A DNA stretch of 19,483 bases from a candidate division WOR-3 bacterium (GTDB lineage Bacteria; Hydrothermota; Tepidihabitantia; Tepidihabitantales; Tepidihabitantaceae): positions 1 to 19,483 of the forward strand of contig CBFGJV010000029.1 in NCBI GenBank assembly GCA_965649205.1, given 5' to 3'. How positions within the stretch are numbered: position 1 is the stretch's first letter; each line of letters begins with the position of its first letter. Shown here piece by piece: positions 8,277-15,243 of the stretch. The notes under the pieces were generated by a model. That model had not been told where the DNA came from. It was given only the letters and a program-made list of their open reading frames with translations, and made no database searches. The position numbers and the translations under genes were made by a program.

Positions 8277-9065
8277 ATGAACACAAAAAGAATGTGTCTA
8301 CTCGTGGCAACAGCAGCCGTCCTCTTTCTTGTCGGCTGCGGCAAAAGAGATTTTGTTTCTCCGTCCCTGTCCAAAGCTGACTGGATTGTGGCCAAGGACG
8401 GAAGCGGAGATTACAGGAAAATTAATGATGCCATCGAAAACGCCTCTGAAGGAGATGTGATTTTTGTCAAACCCGGCACCTACTACGAAAAAGTAGAAAT
8501 AGAAACCGACAATATAGCCCTAATAGGGGCCGGACCCGGAAAAACCATCATTGACGCTGATGGCGAATACTCTGCCGTCGATATAAACGCTGACGGCTGC
8601 ATCGTCAGCGGCTTCACTCTCACTGGAGCAAGCTCACACGGCATCTATGTTGGAGACGGACATCACCACATCCACCACTGCCTGATTACAGACAATGACG
8701 ACCGCGGTATCTACCTGTCCAACTTGTTCGGCGATGGCAGTGCTCTCATTGAATTCTGCACCATTGTGGACAATAAAGTTTCTGGCATATACTCCATAGA
8801 CGACAACCCGAAGACTATCATTCGCTACTGCATCATTACCGGACGGGGTCGCGGCATCGTATCCGATGAGAACAAGGAAGGAATGACCATAACCTACAAC
8901 GTGCTCAAGAACAAGAGCACGAATTTCGACAGGGTAAAAAGAGGAAAGGGCAATATCGAAGCCGACCCCCTGTTTGTAAATCCGAAAAAGGGTGACTATC
9001 GTCTGAAAAAAGGTTCTCCGGCCATAAACATAGACGGCAAAGGCAACAACGCCGGCTGCTTCTAG
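8277..9065 (+). CDS. Lipoprotein with right-handed parallel beta-helix (pectin lyase-like/DUF1565-type)
   Basis: Lipobox LVGC; IVAKDGSGDY.KI.DAI...GDVIFVKPGTYYE; repeated I..C.I..N..GIY; terminal NIEADPLFV...GDYRL..GSPAIN; AGGAG RBS. Confidence 0.88.
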   Translation: MNTKRMCLLVATAAVLFLVGCGKRDFVSPSLSKADWIVAKDGSGDYRKINDAIENASEGDVIFVKPGTYYEKVEIETDNIALIGAGPGKTIIDADGEYSAVDINADGCIVSGFTLTGASSHGIYVGDGHHHIHHCLITDNDDRGIYLSNLFGDGSALIEFCTIVDNKVSGIYSIDDNPKTIIRYCIITGRGRGIVSDENKEGMTITYNVLKNKSTNFDRVKRGKGNIEADPLFVNPKKGDYRLKKGSPAINIDGKGNNAGCF

Positions 9066-9194
9066 ACACGGAGGGGAGTTATCTTGCTTCCCTGGCGAAC
9101 TCAACCAGCCATCGCTATCCCACCAACCATCCTGGCTGGACACCAGGGGTTAGGTAACCTGAAAGAAAAAGTACAATAAGAAAGGAGAAACCAG

Positions 9195-9995
9195 ATGAAC
9201 ACAAAAAGAATGTGTCTACTCGTGGTAACAGCAGCCGTCCTTTTTCTTGTCGGCTGCGCAAAAAAGGAAGTTGTTTCCCAAGCCCAGCCTCAAGCTCAGC
9301 CCGAGCCTGACTGGATTGTAGACCGGTACGGAAATGGAGACTACGAGAAGATTAACGAAGCCCTCAAGAATGCTTCTGCAGGAGATGTGATTCTTGTCAA
9401 ACCCGGCACCTACTACGAAAAAGTAGAAATAACAACCGACAACATAACCTTGATAGGAGCCGGACCGGAAAAAACCACCATCAATGCTCTAGACGAATTC
9501 GCTGCCATCTCCCTGAAGAGTAACGGCTGCACCATCAGCGGGTTTACCCTCACCGGAGGAAAGTCACACGGCATCTATGTTGGAGATGGACATCACCACA
9601 TCCACCACTGCCTGATTACAAACAATAACAGCAACGGCATCTACCTGTCCAACTTGTTCGGCGATGGCAGTGCTCTCATTGAGTTCTGCACCATCGTGGA
9701 CAATGAAGTTTCTGGCATATACTCCATAGACGACAACCCGAAGACTATCATTCGCTACTGCATCATCACCGGGTCCAATAGCGGCATCGTATCCGACGAA
9801 AACAAGGAAGGAATGACTATAACCTACAACGTGCTCAAGAACAAGGGCACGAATTTCGACAGGGTAAAAAGAGGAAAGGGCAATATCGAAGCCGACCCCC
9901 TGTTTGTAAACCCGGACATAGGCGAGTATCGTCTGCGAACAGGTTCTCCGGCCATAAACATAGACCGCAAAGGCAACAACGCCGGCTGCTTCTAG
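9195..9995 (+). CDS. Lipoprotein with right-handed parallel beta-helix; tandem paralog of 8277..9065
   Basis: Same lipobox and beta-helix motifs; signal peptide and C-terminal half are near-identical to the upstream gene; AAGGAG RBS. Confidence 0.88.
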   Translation: MNTKRMCLLVVTAAVLFLVGCAKKEVVSQAQPQAQPEPDWIVDRYGNGDYEKINEALKNASAGDVILVKPGTYYEKVEITTDNITLIGAGPEKTTINALDEFAAISLKSNGCTISGFTLTGGKSHGIYVGDGHHHIHHCLITNNNSNGIYLSNLFGDGSALIEFCTIVDNEVSGIYSIDDNPKTIIRYCIITGSNSGIVSDENKEGMTITYNVLKNKGTNFDRVKRGKGNIEADPLFVNPDIGEYRLRTGSPAINIDRKGNNAGCF

Positions 9996-10007
9996 GCTCC
10001 GGAAAAG

Positions 10008-10211
10008 CTATTCCGGCTCTCTATCGGCATCAGCCCGCCCTCGCCGCGCCCCCGGATTCTCGCCAGCGCCCAATATCTTAGTTAGTACCCTGTCCTTCAC
10101 CGAAACAATGAAGCCCAACTCCTTACCCGCAAACCCGTATTGCCACGCTGACGGCGAGTTGTCATTGCCAATTCCCCTGCTCTTGCCGACCAATCTTCGC
10201 ATAATGTCCAA
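10008..10211 (-). CDS. Possible small hypothetical protein or gene remnant
   Basis: 67 aa with a TTG start and GGAGG 6 nt upstream; co-oriented with the island; no recognisable motif. Confidence 0.3.
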   Translation of the reverse strand: MDIMRRLVGKSRGIGNDNSPSAWQYGFAGKELGFIVSVKDRVLTKILGAGENPGARRGRADADREPE

Positions 10212-10244
10212 TTGCTCCCTCCGATGTACCAGCTCCTGTTTTCA

Positions 10245-10529
10245 TCACTTGCCGTAGAACTCGGTGATGTCGAAGTAAAGCGTCTTCTCCGTGCCGTCGG
10301 ACAGCTTTACGCACATCATATCCCAGCGCCGGCCCTCGGTTTCGCCCACGGCCTGCATCTCAAGCTTCCAGTCGCTACCCTGCTTGCCGAACTTCCGTGC
10401 AAGAAAAGCATACTCGGCCGCAACGCCCGCAATGTGGTTCGATGCGCCGTGGATGACGATGGAAGTCTTTGGCGACTCCCCGCCCCGGTCATCATGCGTT
10501 ATCTCCGAACCAGATTCCTTCATTGGCAC
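10245..10529 (-). CDS. Small conserved-looking hypothetical protein
   Basis: 94 aa with GAGGAG(G) upstream; pattern GES..TSIVI...GVAAEY.FL..KFG....DW.L..Q...WD...DGT..LYFDIT.FYGK looks protein-like. Confidence 0.75.
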   Translation of the reverse strand: MPMKESGSEITHDDRGGESPKTSIVIHGASNHIAGVAAEYAFLARKFGKQGSDWKLEMQAVGETEGRRWDMMCVKLSDGTEKTLYFDITEFYGK

Positions 10530-10568
10530 CTCCTCGCCTTGCGGCGCTGTTTGTTCTGACCCAGATTC

Positions 10569-10688
10569 CTAATGCATCACTTTCCCATAGTGCTCGAATA
10601 CCAGCGCGTCCCCGCAGAAGTGGCAATGGCCGCCGGTCTTCTCAAACAATACCCGCAGAAATGCCGTGCCCCCGATTCCCCTAGACAT
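10569..10688 (-). pseudogene. N-terminal remnant of an HNH endonuclease
   Basis: Manual translation gives MSRGIGGTAFLRVLFEKTGGHCHFCGDALVFEHYGKVMH*. It has the first Zn-knuckle CxxC in an HNH-like context but stops before any DH..P/N motifs. Confidence 0.6.
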
Positions 10689-10717
10689 GCTCCCAACTCA
10701 CCAAATATGGATCCCTT

Positions 10718-11548
10718 TCATCCCAGTGCCAAGAATTCGCGCAGCCTCTCAACCAAGCTGTTGCGAGCCTGATAGGTCCAGCCCTGCGATGGGTGGTGCT
10801 CCCAGAAGAAACGCGTAACGCCATCTTCCGGCCACGTATGGTCCCGGTGACTACCCTCAACGACGTTGTTCTCGTTTGAGTTCCTGCCGAACAACTGCCG
10901 GGCGGGGCCCCCAAAAGCAACGACCGCCCGAGGCTTCAGCATCCCGATGAGACTCCAAGTGTGGGCGCCGCAGTTGTTGTAGACGACGTCCCCGCCAACG
11001 AAACCGTTGCTCTTGCAGTGTGCTACGTTGAGTAGTGCGACTTGGCCGATCACTTCAAGAAAAGCCTGTTCGTCCACGCGCGGCAATGGCCAGTTGTGAT
11101 CATTCTCTGGGTGTTCGAGTGACCACAGAACTCTCGCAGCTGCCCGAGCTGGCCTGTCATCTTCATACCCGCGTCGCGCACATTTATTTTCCGCGGCCCG
11201 AACGTTTGCCCCTAGATGGTGTTCGGCAAAGGTCTGCTCTGTTGCCAGCACTGCGGCCCAGTTACCGCCTGCGGCTTCCGCGTCTTGGTTCCACCACGGA
11301 CAGGTGCCCAGCTCAACCTGTGTGCCGCCACCGTAGCCCGGGTTTGAGGCAAGGAAGATGACATCCTTGTTGAGTGGATTGCCTCGAATCGGCTCGGGTA
11401 CGAAACTCGGGTCGCCATAGTCCAGGACCGGACACCTCTGCCCGTTGTCTTCTAGCGCCGCACCTGCTGCCCACAGCCCGCAACCGCAGGTCCTATCTTG
11501 CGGATTCCAGAAGTAGCGGCACCACTGGACGAGTTCTTCGTAGTTCAT
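10718..11548 (-). CDS. Uracil-DNA glycosylase superfamily protein (divergent)
   Basis: PEPIRG..NKDVIFLASNPG (motif 1-like), LLNVAHCKS, KPRAVVAFG, HHPS (motif 2). Start re-assigned to ATG 11548 (MNYEELV), which overlaps the upstream TGA as ATGA. Confidence 0.72.
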   Translation of the reverse strand: MNYEELVQWCRYFWNPQDRTCGCGLWAAGAALEDNGQRCPVLDYGDPSFVPEPIRGNPLNKDVIFLASNPGYGGGTQVELGTCPWWNQDAEAAGGNWAAVLATEQTFAEHHLGANVRAAENKCARRGYEDDRPARAAARVLWSLEHPENDHNWPLPRVDEQAFLEVIGQVALLNVAHCKSNGFVGGDVVYNNCGAHTWSLIGMLKPRAVVAFGGPARQLFGRNSNENNVVEGSHRDHTWPEDGVTRFFWEHHPSQGWTYQARNSLVERLREFLALG

Positions 11549-12057
11549 CGACTGGCCGCCAACCGCTTGGCGATCTGCTGAAGGCGCGCGCTGGTGAACT
11601 TCCAAGTGGAAGGTATAACATCAGTGGTGCCGAAAGCCCGTGCCTTTGGCGACCACTCGTGCCGTTCGTAGAGGATGGTATCACCACGGCCCTTGGCGGC
11701 TTTCTTCAGCCAAGCGGCAACTTCATTCGGCGTGGCCAGATACATTCGCGGCAGGGCATCGACCGGCACGTCCTTGAACTGCACGAAGCAAAAAACGGTC
11801 AGGCGGCCGTGCTTGCTCAGCCACTTGTCGGCCGCAGCGTGGTAGCCGGCATTCTTGATGTACGACTGTGTGATGCCCCAACCGCCGTCTTGACTACCCT
11901 TCACCGACACTTTGAGCACGTTGTCTCCGTCAACTGCGACCAGGTCATACTCGGGCTGATTGGCACCATACTGCACCGATACATCCCAGCCGAGTCTGGC
12001 AAACTGCGCGGCAGCGAAAGCCTCGGCCGCGGTCGCCACGTGCCAGTGGGTTTTCAT
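11545..12057 (-). CDS. PD-(D/E)XK superfamily endonuclease
   Basis: AAEAFAAAQF.R.GWDVSV...PEYDLVA...KVSVKG pattern (E...D...S-x-K); ATGA-coupled to the hsdM stop. Confidence 0.78.
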   Translation of the reverse strand: MKTHWHVATAAEAFAAAQFARLGWDVSVQYGANQPEYDLVAVDGDNVLKVSVKGSQDGGWGITQSYIKNAGYHAAADKWLSKHGRLTVFCFVQFKDVPVDALPRMYLATPNEVAAWLKKAAKGRGDTILYERHEWSPKARAFGTTDVIPSTWKFTSARLQQIAKRLAASR

Positions 12058-13649
12058 TGCCCCTCCTGCCTGCTGTTACGCGACAGGCTACGCAGTCGTG
12101 CCACTGCCTCGGCCACAAGCCTGCCTTGTTCTTCAATCGCGTCCAGCAATTGCTCCGGCGTGCGGGTATCTTCCACGACTTTGCGGTTCGGGTTCACCGC
12201 CTTCAGGTCATAGTTGCGTTCTTCCAGCTCCTTTCGCGTTACAGTCCAACTGCGGTCGCTGTCTCCACGTTCTGGCAACAGGCGGAAGAAGTCATCGAAC
12301 TTATCCCGGGTCAAAGGCTGTTTCTTTGTCACCTTCACGTCCGAGATGTCGTAGTACCAGACCTTCTCTGTCGGCCTGCCCTTAGTGAAGAACAATAGGT
12401 TTGCCTTTACACCCGCGCCCGCATTGATGAAAGTACCGGGCGGCAGGCTGATGATGGCCCAAAGGTCGCACTCGTCCAATAGCTTCCGCTTGGTCTGCAC
12501 GAAAGCGTTCTCGTTGGTGCGGAAGAGCACACCTTCATCCAGCACGATACCGGCGCGCCCGCCCGGCTTCAGGGAGTCAATTACATGCTGGAGAAACAGC
12601 ACCTGCGTGGCGCTGGTTCTGTAAGCAAAACGGGTCTGAGCCTCTTTGCTCTCCTTCCCGCCGAATGGCGGATTCATCAGGATGACATCGTACAGGGAAG
12701 GCGCTCCGGTAAACAGACCGCCATATATTTCCTGTCCGGTCAGGGTATTGCCGTGCCAGATGTGCGGTTCGTCAATCTCGTGCAGGACCAGATTGGCAAG
12801 TGCAATCGGATAAATGGTGTTATCCTTCTCCCGGCCAAAGAAGGTTCTACGCTTGAGGATATCCATCTGGTCAGCGGTGACGTTCTCGCCCAGGCGGGCC
12901 CGGATGTGCGCGTAGGTCTCGGCCAGAAATCCGCCGGTTCCGCAACACGGGTCGTACACCGTTTCTCCTACCTTCGGGTCTATTCCGCGCACCAGCACCC
13001 GGATAACCTCGCGCGGTGTGAAAAACTGGCCGCCGTCATTGTTCTTCTCGCCCATCTTGAGCAAAAGACCTTCATACACCTGAGACAAGGCGAACACGTG
13101 GGTCTGGTCAACCGTCTCGTGCGACAGCTCGTTCACCTTGTCTAGCACGTCCAGGAGGTTCCGCTCGGTGTCAATTCGCGTGCGCTCCACGCCGGAGAAG
13201 ATTTCCGAGATAACCTTCTGCCGCGGGGTGGCGTTCGGCTTGTCCTTCAGCGCTTTCAGGTGCGGAATCAGGTCCCGGTTCACGAAGTCGTAGAATGCGT
13301 TGGTCGCGCCTTCCACCAGCGCCTTACGCTTCTTTCCGTCGGGCGCGGCCCAGTCGCGCCAGCGGTAGGGTGGTTTCAAGGACGGCGTGAACGGCACGGA
13401 CAGCGCCTCGGCCTCAATCGCCTCGCGCTGCTCGCGCTCGTCCAGGATGCGCAGGAAGAGAATCCAGGTCAGCTCCGGCACGTACTGCATCGCACCGGCG
13501 CAATTCGACCGGCGCATGATGTCGCAGATGGACTTCACGGCAGAATTGACCGAGGCCGGAGAACCGAGGAGTTTTGGATTTTGGGTTTTGGATTTTGGAT
13601 TGAGAGGGGAACGAGGACGATTCTGGGTTTTGGATTTTGGACTAGGCAT
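12054..13649 (-). CDS. hsdM: Type I restriction-modification N6-adenine methyltransferase subunit
   Basis: GQFFTPR, DPCCGTGGFL (motif I), NPPF (motif IV); the N-terminal ~26 aa are largely encoded by heptamer repeats. Confidence 0.96.
   Translation of the reverse strand: MPSPKSKTQNRPRSPLNPKSKTQNPKLLGSPASVNSAVKSICDIMRRSNCAGAMQYVPELTWILFLRILDEREQREAIEAEALSVPFTPSLKPPYRWRDWAAPDGKKRKALVEGATNAFYDFVNRDLIPHLKALKDKPNATPRQKVISEIFSGVERTRIDTERNLLDVLDKVNELSHETVDQTHVFALSQVYEGLLLKMGEKNNDGGQFFTPREVIRVLVRGIDPKVGETVYDPCCGTGGFLAETYAHIRARLGENVTADQMDILKRRTFFGREKDNTIYPIALANLVLHEIDEPHIWHGNTLTGQEIYGGLFTGAPSLYDVILMNPPFGGKESKEAQTRFAYRTSATQVLFLQHVIDSLKPGGRAGIVLDEGVLFRTNENAFVQTKRKLLDECDLWAIISLPPGTFINAGAGVKANLLFFTKGRPTEKVWYYDISDVKVTKKQPLTRDKFDDFFRLLPERGDSDRSWTVTRKELEERNYDLKAVNPNRKVVEDTRTPEQLLDAIEEQGRLVAEAVARLRSLSRNSRQEGQ
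13571..13640. repeat. Two blocks of (A/G)TTTTGG heptamers within the 5' end of hsdM
   Basis: 13571-13601 has four units plus ATT; 13620-13640 has three units; translated as PKSKTQN repeats. Confidence 0.95.
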
Positions 13650-13655
13650 GACGGT

Positions 13656-14660
13656 TCACCTCAACAGATACTTACCCGATCTCCGCGTACCGGAGCGCTT
13701 TACCAGCCCGGCCGCAACAAGCGGTTTCAGAAGGTCCAGGGCACCCTGTTTCGAGACGCCGAGCGCCTCGCGTATCTCGCGCGGGCTCATCGCCTGGCGG
13801 TCGCGCAGGAGCGCCAGCAACTGCTCCTGTTTTGGCCGCAGCACCACTTTCTCCGTGCTCTGGTCGGCGGCCAGCCGCTGGATGCGCAACCAGACCCGTT
13901 CCAGCACGAGTCGCAACCCGGTGGCGCAGTATTCCAGCCAGCCGGTGAGGTTGCCGCCCTGCCGGCCGACCTCACGCAGGGCCTCGTAGTAACGCGGTCG
14001 GTCCTCCCAGAAGTACTCGTCCACCGAAAAGATGTGATGTGTGTCGAAACCGCGGCGATAAAGCTCCCACAGGGAAAGAAGCCGGCCGACCCGGCCATTG
14101 CCGTCGCCGAATGGATGAATGTCCTCGAAACGATGATGCACGATGGCGGACGAAATGACCGCAGACCAGTCCCGCGCCGAGCCGTTCCACCAGTCCAAAA
14201 GGTCGGACATCAGAGGTTCAACTTGCTCGGGTGGCGGCGGCTTGTGCGGCCCAACCCATACCTGGATGCGGCGATATGCGCCCTCCTGGCCCTGGTCCAT
14301 CACACCCCGGCAGGCAATTAGATGAAGCCGTAGAATGTCCCGGTGCACGAGCCGGCGCTTGGCCGCGTGCGTCTCGATGTAACGCAGGGCCGCAAAGTAG
14401 TTCAGCACCTCCTGCCGCGAACGGTCCGCAATGGCCGGAACGTCACGGCCTTGCGCGAGGTCACGTACCTGCTCCTGAGTCAAAGGATTCCCCTCGATGG
14501 CAGTCGAACTGTGCGTGTTTCTCACCCTTGCGTCTTGCTGAAGCCGGGGAATCCACGGCACCTGCACGGTTGCGGCCAGCACCCTTGCCCGCAGTGCGGC
14601 GATTTCCTCAATGAGCGCAACCAATCGCGCCGTTACCTCAAACGCCGGTACGTATGCCAC
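13656..14660 (-). CDS. Fic family protein with C-terminal winged HTH
   Basis: SSTAIEGN, canonical HPFGDGNGRVGR motif; C-terminal helix-turn-helix ending LV..GLVKRSG..RSGKY. Confidence 0.95.
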   Translation of the reverse strand: MAYVPAFEVTARLVALIEEIAALRARVLAATVQVPWIPRLQQDARVRNTHSSTAIEGNPLTQEQVRDLAQGRDVPAIADRSRQEVLNYFAALRYIETHAAKRRLVHRDILRLHLIACRGVMDQGQEGAYRRIQVWVGPHKPPPPEQVEPLMSDLLDWWNGSARDWSAVISSAIVHHRFEDIHPFGDGNGRVGRLLSLWELYRRGFDTHHIFSVDEYFWEDRPRYYEALREVGRQGGNLTGWLEYCATGLRLVLERVWLRIQRLAADQSTEKVVLRPKQEQLLALLRDRQAMSPREIREALGVSKQGALDLLKPLVAAGLVKRSGTRRSGKYLLR

Positions 14661-14666
14661 GGTTCT

Positions 14667-14707
14667 ACTCTACAATAAGTCAAGTATAAGTCAAGTTATT
14701 AGTCAAG
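14667..14707 (-). promoter_or_regulatory. fic promoter with three CTTGACT direct repeats (putative operator)
   Basis: AGTCAAG at 14678, 14689 and 14701 on +; minus strand TTGACT-N16-TAGAGT ends 6 nt before the GTG start. Confidence 0.6.
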
Positions 14708-14718
14708 CCAAGACTGCA

Positions 14719-14749
14719 ATTTTGGATTTTGGGTTTTGGATTTTGGATT
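14719..14749. repeat. (A/G)TTTTGG heptamer array downstream of four-helix-bundle gene 1
   Basis: ATTTTGG ATTTTGG GTTTTGG ATTTTGG ATT; overlaps the gene's TAA. Confidence 0.95.
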
Positions 14750-15104
14750 AGGCATTGGAGCGTCTCAAAGTCTTGATGGATGCTACCGTCATCGCCAAGA
14801 TGTTGTCGGCTTCGATCATCAGGTTTTCCGTATCCGGCTCGGATGCAAGGCGAGCGGCGACGAACAGGTCCAGCCAATAGATGACCTCATCGGCTTCCTC
14901 TTCAACGATGGCCAGTTTGGCAAGCATATCGGCCCGTGACTGGGCCCGGCAGGCCGCGCGGTAGTTCGCGCCGACCGATGTGGCGCACCGCAATAGTTGT
15001 CGGCCGATGACATCGGCGCAACGGCTCCGCGGCAGCTCATCAACCAGCCGGATGGCCTCCAACCCGAGTTTTCTGGTTCTATCCTTGAACTCCTGCTCAG
15101 TCAC
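14748..15104 (-). CDS. Four helix bundle protein (23S rRNA-IVP / TIGR02436-like)
   Basis: KDRT......IRLVD.LP......IGRQLLRCATSVGANYRAACRAQSRAD..AKL.IVEEEADEV.YWL signature; GAGGAGG RBS. Confidence 0.94.
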   Translation of the reverse strand: MTEQEFKDRTRKLGLEAIRLVDELPRSRCADVIGRQLLRCATSVGANYRAACRAQSRADMLAKLAIVEEEADEVIYWLDLFVAARLASEPDTENLMIEADNILAMTVASIKTLRRSNA

Positions 15105-15115
15105 TGCACCTCCTC

Positions 15116-15243
15116 AACCCAGAATCCGCGACCCTCGCTCTTCTACTCCTTCTCCGCCAATCCAAAATCCAAAAACGGCAATCCAAAATCATCTGCGCCC
15201 CCATTTCCGCCAATCCAAAATCCCCAACCCAAAATCCAAAATC
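15116..15243. repeat. AATCCAA (CCAAAAT) heptamer blocks upstream of four-helix-bundle gene 1, inverted relative to the downstream arrays
   Basis: Blocks 15159-15190 and 15212-15243, each preceded by TCCGCC; degenerate units at 15116-15136; overlaps the hsdS TGA. Confidence 0.93.

Noticed and set aside
10194..10221. dif-like island boundary (TTCGCATAATGT)
   Set aside because: Only the XerC-like half matches; there is no TTATGTTAA arm.
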